From an archaeon GW2011_AR10 (GTDB lineage Archaea > Iainarchaeota > Iainarchaeia > Iainarchaeales > GW2011-AR10): a stretch of 32,000 nt of DNA. A model generated the notes under the pieces. The model was not told where the DNA came from. It ran no database searches and saw nothing but the letters and a program-made list of their open reading frames with translations. The DNA is taken from positions 570,001 to 602,000 of the forward strand of contig CP010424.1 of the NCBI GenBank assembly GCA_000830275.1, given 5' to 3'. Each line of letters begins with the position of its first letter. Within the stretch, counting starts at the first letter, position 1. The position numbers and the translations under genes were made by a program. Below are positions 1-9,034 of the stretch, piece by piece.

Positions 1-82
1 CCTCTACAAGGCCGGGAATGCTTTTTTCGTCAAAGTATGCGGGAAAGAAAAAAGAAACGCTTTCTTTGGAAGTTTTCGCCAT
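1..82 (-). CDS. Glycosyltransferase family 2-like protein, N-terminal fragment (gene runs off the left edge)
   Basis: ATG at 82 on the minus strand opens a frame to the window edge: MAKTSKESVSFFFPAYFDEKSIPGLVE. The VSxxxPAYxxE pattern is the usual GT2 N-terminus. Only 27 codons are visible. It is absent from the ORF track because it is truncated. Confidence 0.35.
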   Translation of the reverse strand, partial: MAKTSKESVSFFFPAYFDEKSIPGLVE

Positions 83-122
83 AAAACTCTGTTTCCGCTT
101 TCAAAAAAAAATCATTGGAAAG

Positions 123-1256
123 TTATTTATTTGGTTTGGTTTCCTCGATTATTTTTTTCAGCTCAAAGCCGATTTTTTCCGCTGTAAAATTCTGCCTGAA
201 AACCCTGAATGCATTTGAAGAAATGCTTCTTCTTAGAGGCGGGTTGCTTTTGAGGAAAAGAATTTTTTGCGCAAGCGAGGAAGCATTTCCGCCTTTGCAG
301 AAAACAATGCTTTCATTCTCCTTGAAGAACTCTCTTGCTGCGGGAGTGTCAGCGTTGATTACAGGCTTTTTCATTGCGATTGACTGGAATATTTTGTGGC
401 CGATGAATATGTTTGCCCTCTCGGTTTTCCCGAACTGCCCCAAGCAAATGTCAGCTGACGCAATTTCTTCCGGAAGATTTTCCTCAGGCACCCAGCCCAA
501 AAACTCAACATTTGCAAGGCTTTTCTGTTCTGCCATTGCCTTAACTTCGTTGAAAAGCAGACCCTTGCCTAGCAGCTTGAACCTTATGTCTTTTTCGTTT
601 TTAAGCTTCTCGGCTGCACCGATTATGTATTCTAATCCCTGCAAAGGAATGAACGAACCGAAAAAAAGAACATTGAAGTTTTTGCTTTTTTTTGCTGGGC
701 GGGAAAAAAATTTTTCTTCCTCCGCACCAAGGTAAAGAACCCTCATCTTTTCTTTTGGAACCTTAAGGGTTTTTGAAAGGGAATCTGCATGGGTTTTTGT
801 CTGCACCAATACTTTATCAGAAAGCGCGAATGAAAGCCTATCCTTCCACAAATTCCATTCTGCTGAAAAAGATTTTTCAGGGAAAACCCTGCTTTCAAGA
901 ACTAATGTAGCGTATTTTGAGTTGAAGATGTCGAAAACAAGTTTTTTTCCGAAAAGCTTCGCAAAAAACCATGCAAGGAAAACATCGTACTCCCATTCAA
1001 ACGGAACAATGATTGAATCACATTTCCTTCCGCCCCTTAAAAATTTAAAAAAAAGTTTGGTATAACATTTTGAAAAAACAAGGGACCTTTTGACAATGAA
1101 TTCTGCAAGGCCAAGCTTTCCTTCTCTGCTGATTTTTATTTGTGGAAGCGAAACATTGCATTCAATTACTTCCACGCCATTTTTTTGCAGGCCTTTCCTT
1201 AAAACAATGTTTCTCGGATAGGAAGGATCGTAAGTTCCAAAAAAGCAGACCCTCAT
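123..1256 (-). CDS. GT-B fold glycosyltransferase (GT1/GT4 family)
   Basis: N-terminus MRVCFFGTYDPSYPRN. C-terminal region FIGHKIFQSIAMKKPVINADTPAAREFFKENESIVF resembles the GT4 EX7E region. ATG at 1256 forms an ATGA overlap with the stop of the upstream GT2 gene, so I prefer it to the ORF-track start at 1271. Confidence 0.8.
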   Translation of the reverse strand: MRVCFFGTYDPSYPRNIVLRKGLQKNGVEVIECNVSLPQIKISREGKLGLAEFIVKRSLVFSKCYTKLFFKFLRGGRKCDSIIVPFEWEYDVFLAWFFAKLFGKKLVFDIFNSKYATLVLESRVFPEKSFSAEWNLWKDRLSFALSDKVLVQTKTHADSLSKTLKVPKEKMRVLYLGAEEEKFFSRPAKKSKNFNVLFFGSFIPLQGLEYIIGAAEKLKNEKDIRFKLLGKGLLFNEVKAMAEQKSLANVEFLGWVPEENLPEEIASADICLGQFGKTERANIFIGHKIFQSIAMKKPVINADTPAAREFFKENESIVFCKGGNASSLAQKILFLKSNPPLRRSISSNAFRVFRQNFTAEKIGFELKKIIEETKPNK

Positions 1257-2122
1257 TTTTTTGGCCTCCAACGCAGTGCTGAAGCAGTTCCTGAAAGAAC
1301 TGCATGAACCGACTGAAGGTAACTGATTGGGTTGCGCGGAATCATGTAAAGGTAGTCCAAAAAAATTAGTTTTGGCGTATGGAAAAAAATGTTTTTCAGT
1401 AATGCTTTCGGATAAAACTTCCTCTGAAAAATTATTAGGCTGCGCTGGCTGTGAAAAAGGTTGTTGTAATTGCTCATTGCAGTGCTGATTCCCATATGGG
1501 TTACGAGCGCGTCAGGCAAAACATTGAGCTTATAATTGGTTTCTCTCCTTATTCGCTCGCTGAAATCGCAGTCCTCGTATTTCGCGAAATAGTCCTCTGA
1601 AACCAACCCAATCTCCCGAAAAACTTTTTTGCGGATGAACGCAGAGCCAAGGCAGACGTGCTCTGTTTCCTTAACCTCTTTCAAGTCCTCATAGGTGTCA
1701 AATGGAAAACCTGTGTGCAGTACGCCATTGGAAAAATAAATGCCGCCGCTTTTGTTAAGGAACTTGCATCCAAGCACTGCTGTTGAAGGGATTTCCTCCA
1801 AAAAATCAACGTGCTTTTTCAGATAATTTTTGTCAACTATTGTATCTTGGTTAAGGAGGCAGACATATTTTCCTCTCGTCCTCTTTATTCCCCTATTAAC
1901 TGATTTTGCAAAGCCGAGGTTTTCATTATTTTTAACCTGAACAAGTTTTGGGAATTTTTTTAGTAGTGATTCGACTTTGGAATCCTTTGGGTCATCGTTT
2001 ACAATAATTAATTCATAATCCTCCAGGGTTTGGCTTTGAAAGCAGGGAAGAAGCTTTTCCAAGTAAGAATAGCCGTTGAAGTAGGGAATTACAACTGAAA
2101 CAATGGGCTCTTTCATAAACAT
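1253..2122 (-). CDS. Glycosyltransferase family 2
   Basis: VSVVIPYFNG, ELIIVNDDPKD and CLLNQDT motifs are typical of GT-A/GT2. ATG starts are possible at 2122 or 2116. The track start at 2128 is TTG. Confidence 0.85.
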   Translation of the reverse strand: MFMKEPIVSVVIPYFNGYSYLEKLLPCFQSQTLEDYELIIVNDDPKDSKVESLLKKFPKLVQVKNNENLGFAKSVNRGIKRTRGKYVCLLNQDTIVDKNYLKKHVDFLEEIPSTAVLGCKFLNKSGGIYFSNGVLHTGFPFDTYEDLKEVKETEHVCLGSAFIRKKVFREIGLVSEDYFAKYEDCDFSERIRRETNYKLNVLPDALVTHMGISTAMSNYNNLFHSQRSLIIFQRKFYPKALLKNIFFHTPKLIFLDYLYMIPRNPISYLQSVHAVLSGTASALRWRPKK

Positions 2123-2260
2123 GACCAAGCTTAGCTGTCAAAACGTCTGGGAACCCACGCCTGTGGGCTTGCAGATTAATGCCGTAAATAAGCATATTTT
2201 TAGATATTATTAAAAGTTAATTCAAATTCCATTATAATCAAAGCAAGGGAAGGAACCACT

Positions 2261-3250
2261 ATGAGGGAACTTAAAGCTGCTGTTGTTGGCTGCGGGTGGA
2301 TGGGCGCAAACCATGCAAGAATATATGCTGACATGAACGGCGTTGACTTGGTTGCAGTGGCAGACAAAGTAATTGAGAGGGCAGCCGAGGTTGCAAAAAG
2401 GCACAAGGCAAAAGCTTATAGTAGCGCAAAGGAGCTGTTTGAAAGGGAAGTTCCTGATGTTGTGTCAATTGCAGTTCCATCCAAGTTTCACAAGGATGTG
2501 GCACTTGAAGCAATGGATTACTGCAAAAATGTCCTAGTTGAAAAGCCGATTGCTGTAAACTCAAGTGATGCAAAGAAAATAATTGATGAGGCAAAAAGGA
2601 AAAACGTCAGGCTCATGGTTGGGCACATTGAAAGATTTAACCCTGCTGTTGTGGAGCTAAAAAAACAGATTGAAAGCGGCAGGATTGGCAGGGTATTCCT
2701 TGTTGAAGTGCAGCGCATTGGCCCTTTCCCTTCACGCATAGAGGATTCAGGCGTTACAATTGACTTGGCAGTGCACGACATTGACATTTTGAACTACTTG
2801 TTTAATGAGCCAGTCAAAAAGGTTTTTGCTTTCACTGGCAGAAAAATCCATCCAAACAGCGAGGACATGCTTACAGCTACGCTGCAGTTTGATTCAATGG
2901 TTGCAGTGCTTAACGTTAACTGGCTTACTCCAACCAAGATAAGGAAACTTTTTGTTACTGGAGAGAAAGGAATGTTTACAGTAAACTATTTGACGCAGGA
3001 CCTTTACTTTTACGAGAACGCTTCCATAAGGGAGGGGATTGATTACCCTGAAATGATTATGGGAATAGCTGAAGGCAACATGATAAAGCTGCGGGTAGAA
3101 AAAAAGGAGCCATTGAAGGTGGAGCTGGATGCATTCATTGAATCAATCAGAAGAAACTCTAGAGCGCCAAACAACCCCGAAGATGCGCTGAAAGCAATTG
3201 CAACAGTTGAAAAAATAATCGAGTCAGCAAAAAAAGGGCAGGTGGTTTAG
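2261..3250 (+). CDS. Gfo/Idh/MocA oxidoreductase, WbpB-like UDP-N-acetyl-sugar 3-dehydrogenase
   Basis: Rossmann motif AAVVGCGWMGANHARIY, EKP motif (VLVEKPIA) and GHIERFNPA. It sits with UDP-sugar genes. GGAAGGAA lies upstream of the ATG. Confidence 0.75.
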   Translation: MRELKAAVVGCGWMGANHARIYADMNGVDLVAVADKVIERAAEVAKRHKAKAYSSAKELFEREVPDVVSIAVPSKFHKDVALEAMDYCKNVLVEKPIAVNSSDAKKIIDEAKRKNVRLMVGHIERFNPAVVELKKQIESGRIGRVFLVEVQRIGPFPSRIEDSGVTIDLAVHDIDILNYLFNEPVKKVFAFTGRKIHPNSEDMLTATLQFDSMVAVLNVNWLTPTKIRKLFVTGEKGMFTVNYLTQDLYFYENASIREGIDYPEMIMGIAEGNMIKLRVEKKEPLKVELDAFIESIRRNSRAPNNPEDALKAIATVEKIIESAKKGQVV

Positions 3251-4023
3251 TGAAAAACGTTTTGGTTGTGGGAACCGGGGAAGTCGGAAAAGCCGTGATT
3301 GAATTGCTTGAGGAAAGCAAAAAGTTCAAGGTGTTCAGGAAAGACGTTGCGCCAATTCAGCTGAAAGAAAAAATCGATGTGATGCACGTGTGCATTCCGT
3401 TCAGTGAGGGGTTTGAAAAAATTGTGGAGGGCTACATAAAAGAATTCAAGCCCGAGCTGACAATAATTGATTCAACTGTTAGGCCTGGCACCACTGAAAA
3501 AATTGAGAAGAAAACAGGAAAACTGGTTGTGCATTCTCCGGTTAGGGGAAAGCACCCCAACCTGAAGGCTGGGCTGCTGAAATTCGTTAAATTTGTTGGC
3601 TCAACTTCAAGGAAAGCAGCAGAAGATGCTGCAAAACACTTTGAGGAAGCAGGGGTTAAAACCGAGATTCTTTCAGGGCCAAAGGAAACCGAGGTTGGAA
3701 AGCTTCTGTGCACAACATACTATGGTGCAAACATTGCTTTCCACCAGGAAATGGCACGAATCTGCGAGCACTATGGAGTAAATTTTGGCGAGACCGTAAC
3801 AAGGTTCAGCGCTACAGGCACAATTGACATCAACCACAAGATTCCTAGGCCGCTGATGTTTCCAGGCACAATTGGCGGGCACTGTGTAATGCCGAACATT
3901 GACATACTGCAAAAGGAAGTTAACTCAAGTTTTCTCAGTGAAATCGTGAAGTCAAACGATAAAACCAAAAAGAAACCGTTCAATTTTGGCCTTGAAGAAA
4001 TGAAAAAATACTCCGGCAAGTAA
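3250..4023 (+). CDS. Short UDP-glucose/GDP-mannose dehydrogenase family-like protein (NAD-binding and central domains only)
   Basis: GTG start overlaps the upstream TAG by 1 nt. VVGTGEVGKA, IIDSTVRPGTTE, HSPVRG and EVGKLLCTTYYGANIAFHQEMARICE match UGDH family blocks. GGHCVMPN is at the position of the catalytic-Cys motif. At 257 aa it lacks the C-terminal UDP-sugar-binding domain. Confidence 0.55.
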   Translation: MKNVLVVGTGEVGKAVIELLEESKKFKVFRKDVAPIQLKEKIDVMHVCIPFSEGFEKIVEGYIKEFKPELTIIDSTVRPGTTEKIEKKTGKLVVHSPVRGKHPNLKAGLLKFVKFVGSTSRKAAEDAAKHFEEAGVKTEILSGPKETEVGKLLCTTYYGANIAFHQEMARICEHYGVNFGETVTRFSATGTIDINHKIPRPLMFPGTIGGHCVMPNIDILQKEVNSSFLSEIVKSNDKTKKKPFNFGLEEMKKYSGK

Positions 4024-4040
4024 CTATGGGGGGAATCTGA

Positions 4041-5114
4041 GTGAAAGTGTTGAGCGTTGTAGGGGCAAGACCGCAGTTCATCAAGGAGAAGCCTCTTTCA
4101 GTTGAACTCAGGAAAAAATGCGACGAGGTTTTAGTGCACACTGGCCAGCATTATGACATGGAAATGTCCAGAATTTTTTTTGACGAGCTGAAAATCCCTG
4201 AACCAGACTATAACCTCGGCATTGGCTCTGACACCAGTGCAAGGCAGATTGCAAGGATGATTGCTGCACTGGGTAAAGTGCTGAGAAAAGAGAAGCCTGA
4301 TGCAGTTGTTGTTTTCGGTGACACCAATTCAACTACTGCGGGAGCGCTCGCGGCTTCAGCTGCCGGCATTCAGCTAGCGCACATTGAGGCCGGAATGCGC
4401 TCCTTCAACCTTGAGATGCCGGAGGAAATAAACAGGGTTATTACTGACAATGTTTCCCAGTTACTGTTCGCGCCAACCAAAACAGCGGTGAAAAACCTTG
4501 AACGCGAAAAGCTTTCCGGAAAAATTTTTTTGGTTGGAGACGTTATGTTTGATGCTTTCAGGCAGAACATTGGAATTGCTGAAAAAAAATCAAAAGTACT
4601 CGAGGATAAATGCCTTGAAAGGAAAAAATTTTTTTATCTCACAGTTCACCGTGCTTCGAACACGGACATTAAAAGAAACCTCGCAGGAATTCTGGGCGCG
4701 GTCACGGCAATTGAGGGCACGGTTTTTTTTCCGGTGCACCCTAGGACAGGCAAAGCGTTAAAGGAGCATGGGCTCATGGAAAAACTGAAGAAAAGTGAAA
4801 ACATTGTTTTGTCGAAACCCGTGGGCTACCTTGACTCGCTGGTGTTAACCAAAAACGCAGTAAAGGTTCTAACTGACTCAGGGGGCCTGCAGAAAGAGGC
4901 TTTTTTTGCTGGAACACCCTGTGTTTCTCTTCGCGAGGAAAAGGAGTGGGTTGAAACCTTCCACGGCAACTGGAACATTCTCGCTGGAACGTCAAAGGAA
5001 AAAATAGTTAGAGCAGTGAGAGCAAGGACAAGCGGGAAAAAAGGGGCTTTTTTTGGCAATGGCCATGCGGCAAAAAGAATAGTTAAAATCATTACTGGAT
5101 TAGATTCTTACTGA
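4041..5114 (+). CDS. wecB: UDP-N-acetylglucosamine 2-epimerase (non-hydrolysing)
   Basis: GARPQFIK, HTGQHYD, GDTNST, HIEAGMRS and DSGGLQKEA are classic WecB/MnaA blocks. GTG start follows GGGGGGAA. Confidence 0.9.
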   Translation: MKVLSVVGARPQFIKEKPLSVELRKKCDEVLVHTGQHYDMEMSRIFFDELKIPEPDYNLGIGSDTSARQIARMIAALGKVLRKEKPDAVVVFGDTNSTTAGALAASAAGIQLAHIEAGMRSFNLEMPEEINRVITDNVSQLLFAPTKTAVKNLEREKLSGKIFLVGDVMFDAFRQNIGIAEKKSKVLEDKCLERKKFFYLTVHRASNTDIKRNLAGILGAVTAIEGTVFFPVHPRTGKALKEHGLMEKLKKSENIVLSKPVGYLDSLVLTKNAVKVLTDSGGLQKEAFFAGTPCVSLREEKEWVETFHGNWNILAGTSKEKIVRAVRARTSGKKGAFFGNGHAAKRIVKIITGLDSY

Positions 5115-6103
5115 TGGCTAACAAGAATGTATTGGTTACGGGTGCAGCGGGCTTCATTGGCTCAAACCTTGTTGACAGGTTGCTGAAAGAAGGGTTTGAG
5201 GTAACTGGAATAGATAATCTCTCACAGGGCAGCAGGAGAAACTTGGAGGACGCACTGCGCAACCCTGCTTTCAATTTAGTTGAGGGGGATGTAAGGAACT
5301 TGGAAGTAATTGAAAAAGCAGGAAAAGGCGCTGATTTTTTTGTTCACTTGGCTGCATTCAAAATCCCACGCTATGGAAATGCAATGGATACATTGCAGAT
5401 TAATTCAAAGGGAACTGAGAACATTCTGGAGGCGGCAAAGGAAACCAAGGCAAAGGTTGTGTTTGCTTCAACATCCGATGTTTACGGAAAAAACAGGGAA
5501 CTGCCTTTCAGCGAGGAAAGCAGCTTGGTTATTGGGCCGCCGAATGTAAAGCGCTGGGCTTACGCTGCCTCAAAGATTTTTGATGAGCAGCTGTGCTTTG
5601 CATACAACGAAAAATTTGGTTTGCCTTTTTCAATTGTGAGGTATTTTGGAGGCTATGGCCCAAGACAGCACTTATCATGGTGGGGCGGCCCACAAAGCGT
5701 TTTCATTGAAAAAATATTGAAAGGAGAAAAAGTGCCAGTTCACGGAGACGGAAAACAGAAAAGGAGTTTTACTTTCATTGATGATTTGGTGGAAGGAACT
5801 TTTCTTGCAATGAAATCTGGCAGAGCAAACGGTGAAGTGCTAAACATTGGCAGCAGAGAGGAAAGCTCAATTCTTGGCTTGGCGAAAATGATTGCAAAGC
5901 TTATGGGAAAAGAAAAAGAACTTGAAATAGAGTTTGTGCCGTATGAAACTTTTGGCAAGTACGAGGACGTAAGGAGAAGAGTTCCTTATACAACAAAAGC
6001 AAAAAAATTAATTGGTTTTGAGGCAAAAGTTAAACTAGTGGAGGGCCTGAAAAAAACAATTGGTTGGCAGGAAGCAGTGATGGGGCATGTCAAAAAAAAC
6101 TGA
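5114..6103 (+). CDS. Extended SDR NAD-dependent epimerase/dehydratase, UDP-glucuronate decarboxylase (UXS / ArnA C-terminal)-like
   Basis: VTGAAGFIGSNL, ASTSDVYG and YAASK (YxxxK). TGATG 1-nt overlap with wecB. Confidence 0.8.
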   Translation: MANKNVLVTGAAGFIGSNLVDRLLKEGFEVTGIDNLSQGSRRNLEDALRNPAFNLVEGDVRNLEVIEKAGKGADFFVHLAAFKIPRYGNAMDTLQINSKGTENILEAAKETKAKVVFASTSDVYGKNRELPFSEESSLVIGPPNVKRWAYAASKIFDEQLCFAYNEKFGLPFSIVRYFGGYGPRQHLSWWGGPQSVFIEKILKGEKVPVHGDGKQKRSFTFIDDLVEGTFLAMKSGRANGEVLNIGSREESSILGLAKMIAKLMGKEKELEIEFVPYETFGKYEDVRRRVPYTTKAKKLIGFEAKVKLVEGLKKTIGWQEAVMGHVKKN

Positions 6104-6809
6104 AAAATTTGTTTTAGGAATTATTCCGGCGCGAGGGGCTTCCAAAAGAATTCGTGGAAAAGCATTGGCTTTGCTTGGAGGGAAAAAGCTTCTTTCCTAT
6201 GCAATTGAAGAGGCAAAGAAAAGCAAGTTGCTGAGTGAAGTGATTGTTTCAACTGAAAGCAGTGAAATTGCTTTGGAAGCAAAAAAGCTTGGCGCTCTTG
6301 TGCCGTTCAAGAGGCCTAAAGAGCTGGCGCTGGACGAAACTCCGATGCTACCGGTGCTGAAGCAAGCCGTGATTGAAAGCGAAAAATTCTTCAGCAAAAA
6401 GGTTGACGCTGTAGTGCTATTGCAATTGACTTCTCCATTCAGGAAGGCAAGGCACATTGACGAGGCAGTAAGAATTTTTCTGAAAGGAGGCATTGAAGGC
6501 GTTGTAAGTGTTTCAAGGGCAAAGACTGAACCAAAGTGGATGCTGAAAAAAAAGTCTGGCGTTCTGGAGTTCTATGAAAAAAATGATTTCAGTGCAAGCA
6601 GGAAACAGGATATGAAAGAATTTTTTGAGCTAAACGGTGCAGTTTACGTTTTTTCCAGAGAAACAGTAATGAATTCAAAGGGTTATGCTTGGGGAAAAAG
6701 GATTGCGGCTTATGAAATGGACAAAATCAGTTCTATTGATATTGATGAACCAATTGACTTGGAGATTGCCAATGCTTTGCTTAGGGCGGGTTTGAATGAA
6801 AACGATTAG
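6087..6809 (+). CDS. neuA: CMP-nonulosonic acid synthetase (acylneuraminate cytidylyltransferase family; NeuA/LegF-like)
   Basis: GIIPARGASKRIRGKA is the cytidylyltransferase P-loop-like block. It is about 240 aa and overlaps the upstream gene by 17 nt. Confidence 0.85.
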   Translation: MSKKTEKFVLGIIPARGASKRIRGKALALLGGKKLLSYAIEEAKKSKLLSEVIVSTESSEIALEAKKLGALVPFKRPKELALDETPMLPVLKQAVIESEKFFSKKVDAVVLLQLTSPFRKARHIDEAVRIFLKGGIEGVVSVSRAKTEPKWMLKKKSGVLEFYEKNDFSASRKQDMKEFFELNGAVYVFSRETVMNSKGYAWGKRIAAYEMDKISSIDIDEPIDLEIANALLRAGLNEND

Positions 6810-7854
6810 AATCGGCAGAAAAGAAATTGGCGAGGGAAAACCATGCTTTGTTATCGCTGAAGCCGGAGTAAACCACAACGGAAAAGTAAGCATAGCAAAG
6901 AAACTGGTTGATGCAGCAGTGCAGGCAAGAGCTGATGCAGTAAAATTCCAGTCATTCAAAACAGAGGAGCTGGTGGAAAAGGGAACGGCTAAGCCTGCTT
7001 ATCAGTCAAAGGCTTTGGGAAAAAAGATTTCTCAGGACGAAATGATTAAGTCATTGGAGTTAAAGGAAAAAGATTTCAGGGAGCTGCTCGGTTACTGTAA
7101 AAGGCAGGGAATAATTTTTCTTTCAACGCCGTTTGACTTTGAGAGCGCTGACATGCTTGAAAAAATTGGTGTGAGCGCTTTCAAGATTGGTTCTGGTGAA
7201 ATAACAAACCACCCGTTAATAGAGCATATTGCGGCAAAGAAAAAGCCTGTTCTGCTTTCCACAGGAATGGCTTTCATGAGTGAGGTGGCAGAAGCAGTAG
7301 AGCTTGTTAAAAAAATAAACCAGAAACTGGTTTTAATGCAGTGCACCTCATCCTATCCTGCAAAAACAGAAAACGCTAACTTGCTCGTGTTACATGAGTA
7401 CATGAAAAGGTTCAACTGCATTGTTGGCTACAGCGACCACACGCTCGGCATTAACTCGGCTCTTGCAGCGGTTGCGCTAGGCGCAAAAGTTGTTGAAAAG
7501 CACATCACGATTGACAGGGCAATGAGGGGGCCAGACCACAAGGCTTCAACTGAACCCAACGAAATGAGAAAATTGGTGGAGGCAATCAGAGAAGTTGAGG
7601 CTTCGCTTGGAGTAAAAGAGAAAAAGCCTATTGGAAAAGAAATGGAGTTGAGGAAGCTGGCGAGGAAAAGCATTTTTGCCAGAATTAAAATAAATAAGGG
7701 TGAGCGGATCAGTAAAAGAATGCTCAAAATTGTTCGGCCGGCTGAAGGCATCCAGCCAAAATTTTTTTCAAGGGTTATTGGGAGCATTGCTGCCAGAAAC
7801 ATTCCTACTGGAAAACCAGTAAAAAAAATTGATTTGAGTGGATTCTATGAATAA
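6796..7854 (+). CDS. neuB: Nonulosonic acid synthase (N-acetylneuraminate synthase family with C-terminal SAF domain; NeuB/LegI-like)
   Basis: CFVIAEAGVNHNG, AVKFQSF and YSDHTLG, plus a C-terminal SAF-like segment (SIFARIKINKGERIS...). Overlaps the upstream gene by 14 nt. Confidence 0.9.
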   Translation: MKTIRIGRKEIGEGKPCFVIAEAGVNHNGKVSIAKKLVDAAVQARADAVKFQSFKTEELVEKGTAKPAYQSKALGKKISQDEMIKSLELKEKDFRELLGYCKRQGIIFLSTPFDFESADMLEKIGVSAFKIGSGEITNHPLIEHIAAKKKPVLLSTGMAFMSEVAEAVELVKKINQKLVLMQCTSSYPAKTENANLLVLHEYMKRFNCIVGYSDHTLGINSALAAVALGAKVVEKHITIDRAMRGPDHKASTEPNEMRKLVEAIREVEASLGVKEKKPIGKEMELRKLARKSIFARIKINKGERISKRMLKIVRPAEGIQPKFFSRVIGSIAARNIPTGKPVKKIDLSGFYE

Positions 7855-9034
7855 ACTGCCCGCTGTTCTTGGGGGAAAACCAGCATTTGGGAAACCTGTG
7901 CCTATTACGCTGCCAACGCTTCCAAGCTTTGAAAGGGTCTCTAAAATGGCTGAAGGGATTTTTTCAACCGGCATGATAACCAACCACGTTTTTGTGAGAG
8001 AGTTTGAAGAAAAAACTGCAGAGCACCTGTGTGTTAAGCATGCTGTTGCTGTTTCATCCTGCACTTCTGGCTTAATGCTTTTAATGAAGGCACTTGAATT
8101 GAAAGGAGAAATCATTTTGCCATCCTTTACTTTTAATGCAACCGGAACAGCACTGCTTTGGAACAATTTGGAGCCTGTTTTTGTTGACATTGACAGTGAA
8201 ACATTCAACTTAAACCCTGCAAGGGTTGAAGAAGCAATTACTAAAAAAACTGCTGCAATTCTTGCAGTGCACGTTTTCGGCAATCCTGTTGACGTGAAAA
8301 GCCTTCAAGAAATTGCAGAGAGAAAAAGTGTTCCGCTTATTTTTGATTCTGCACATGCTTTCGGAGCAAGCGTTAAAGGAAAAATGGTTGGCGGTTTTGG
8401 AGATGCAGAGGTTTTCAGCTGCTCTCCTACAAAGTTGATTAATTCCGGCGAGGGCGGCATAATTTCAACTAACAATGGAATGCTTGCTGAAAAATTAAAG
8501 GTTCTCAGAAACTATGGCGTGCTCCCTGATTATGACTGCGAACAAGCAGGTTTGAATTCCAGAATGCCTGAACTTAATGCCATTCTTGGCATTGAATCCT
8601 TAGCGATTCTTAATCAAAACTTGAGAAAAAGGCTGGAACTTGTTGAAATGTACAAGCGAGGGCTTAAGAAGATTGCAGGAATAAGTTTTCAGAGGATTGA
8701 AGAAGGAAGTAAAAGCTGTTACAAGGATTTCTCAATCGTGGTTGACAAGAAAGAATTTGGTATTGACAGGAACGGCTTAAACCTTGCTTTGGAGAAGGAA
8801 AACATTGTTTCAAAGAAATATTTTTTCCCGCCACTGCACAGGCAAAAAATTTTTTCAAGATACTTTGAAAGGTTTGACAGCATATTGCCTGAAACCAATT
8901 ATGTTTCAGAAAACGCTTTGAGCCTGCCGCTTTACTCTCACATGAGCAGAAAAGAAGTTGAAGGCATTGTTTCATGCGTTTCAGCAATTCATGATAATTC
9001 TGAAAAGGTTTTGGAGATGCTTCCTAATGCCTGA
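7847..9034 (+). CDS. DegT/DnrJ/EryC1/StrS family PLP-dependent sugar aminotransferase
   Basis: FSCSPTKLINSGEGGI contains the PLP-lysine block. The fold-type-I layout is typical. ATG at 7847 gives an ATGAATAA overlap with the neuB stop. The track start at 7838 is GTG. Confidence 0.85.
   Translation: MNKLPAVLGGKPAFGKPVPITLPTLPSFERVSKMAEGIFSTGMITNHVFVREFEEKTAEHLCVKHAVAVSSCTSGLMLLMKALELKGEIILPSFTFNATGTALLWNNLEPVFVDIDSETFNLNPARVEEAITKKTAAILAVHVFGNPVDVKSLQEIAERKSVPLIFDSAHAFGASVKGKMVGGFGDAEVFSCSPTKLINSGEGGIISTNNGMLAEKLKVLRNYGVLPDYDCEQAGLNSRMPELNAILGIESLAILNQNLRKRLELVEMYKRGLKKIAGISFQRIEEGSKSCYKDFSIVVDKKEFGIDRNGLNLALEKENIVSKKYFFPPLHRQKIFSRYFERFDSILPETNYVSENALSLPLYSHMSRKEVEGIVSCVSAIHDNSEKVLEMLPNA

Noticed and set aside
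115-735. Long antisense shadow ORFs inside confirmed genes (e.g. 115-735, 7768-8283, 10237-10620, 16682-17026, 22724-23032, 26091-26408 and many of 60-100 aa).
   Set aside because: They lie opposite strongly supported CDSs, have skewed low-complexity compositions (Ser/Phe/Leu/Cys-rich) and show no family motifs.
8958-9026. Upstream extensions of track ORFs (8958 for the CBS-SDR, 10402 for the acetyltransferase, 10760 for neuC, 15551 for HAD, 24717 for the membrane protein, 1271 for GT1).
   Set aside because: Each extension lies inside the preceding gene. Internal ATGs give the typical ATGA / ATGNNTGA overlap or a short gap, and restore canonical family N-termini.
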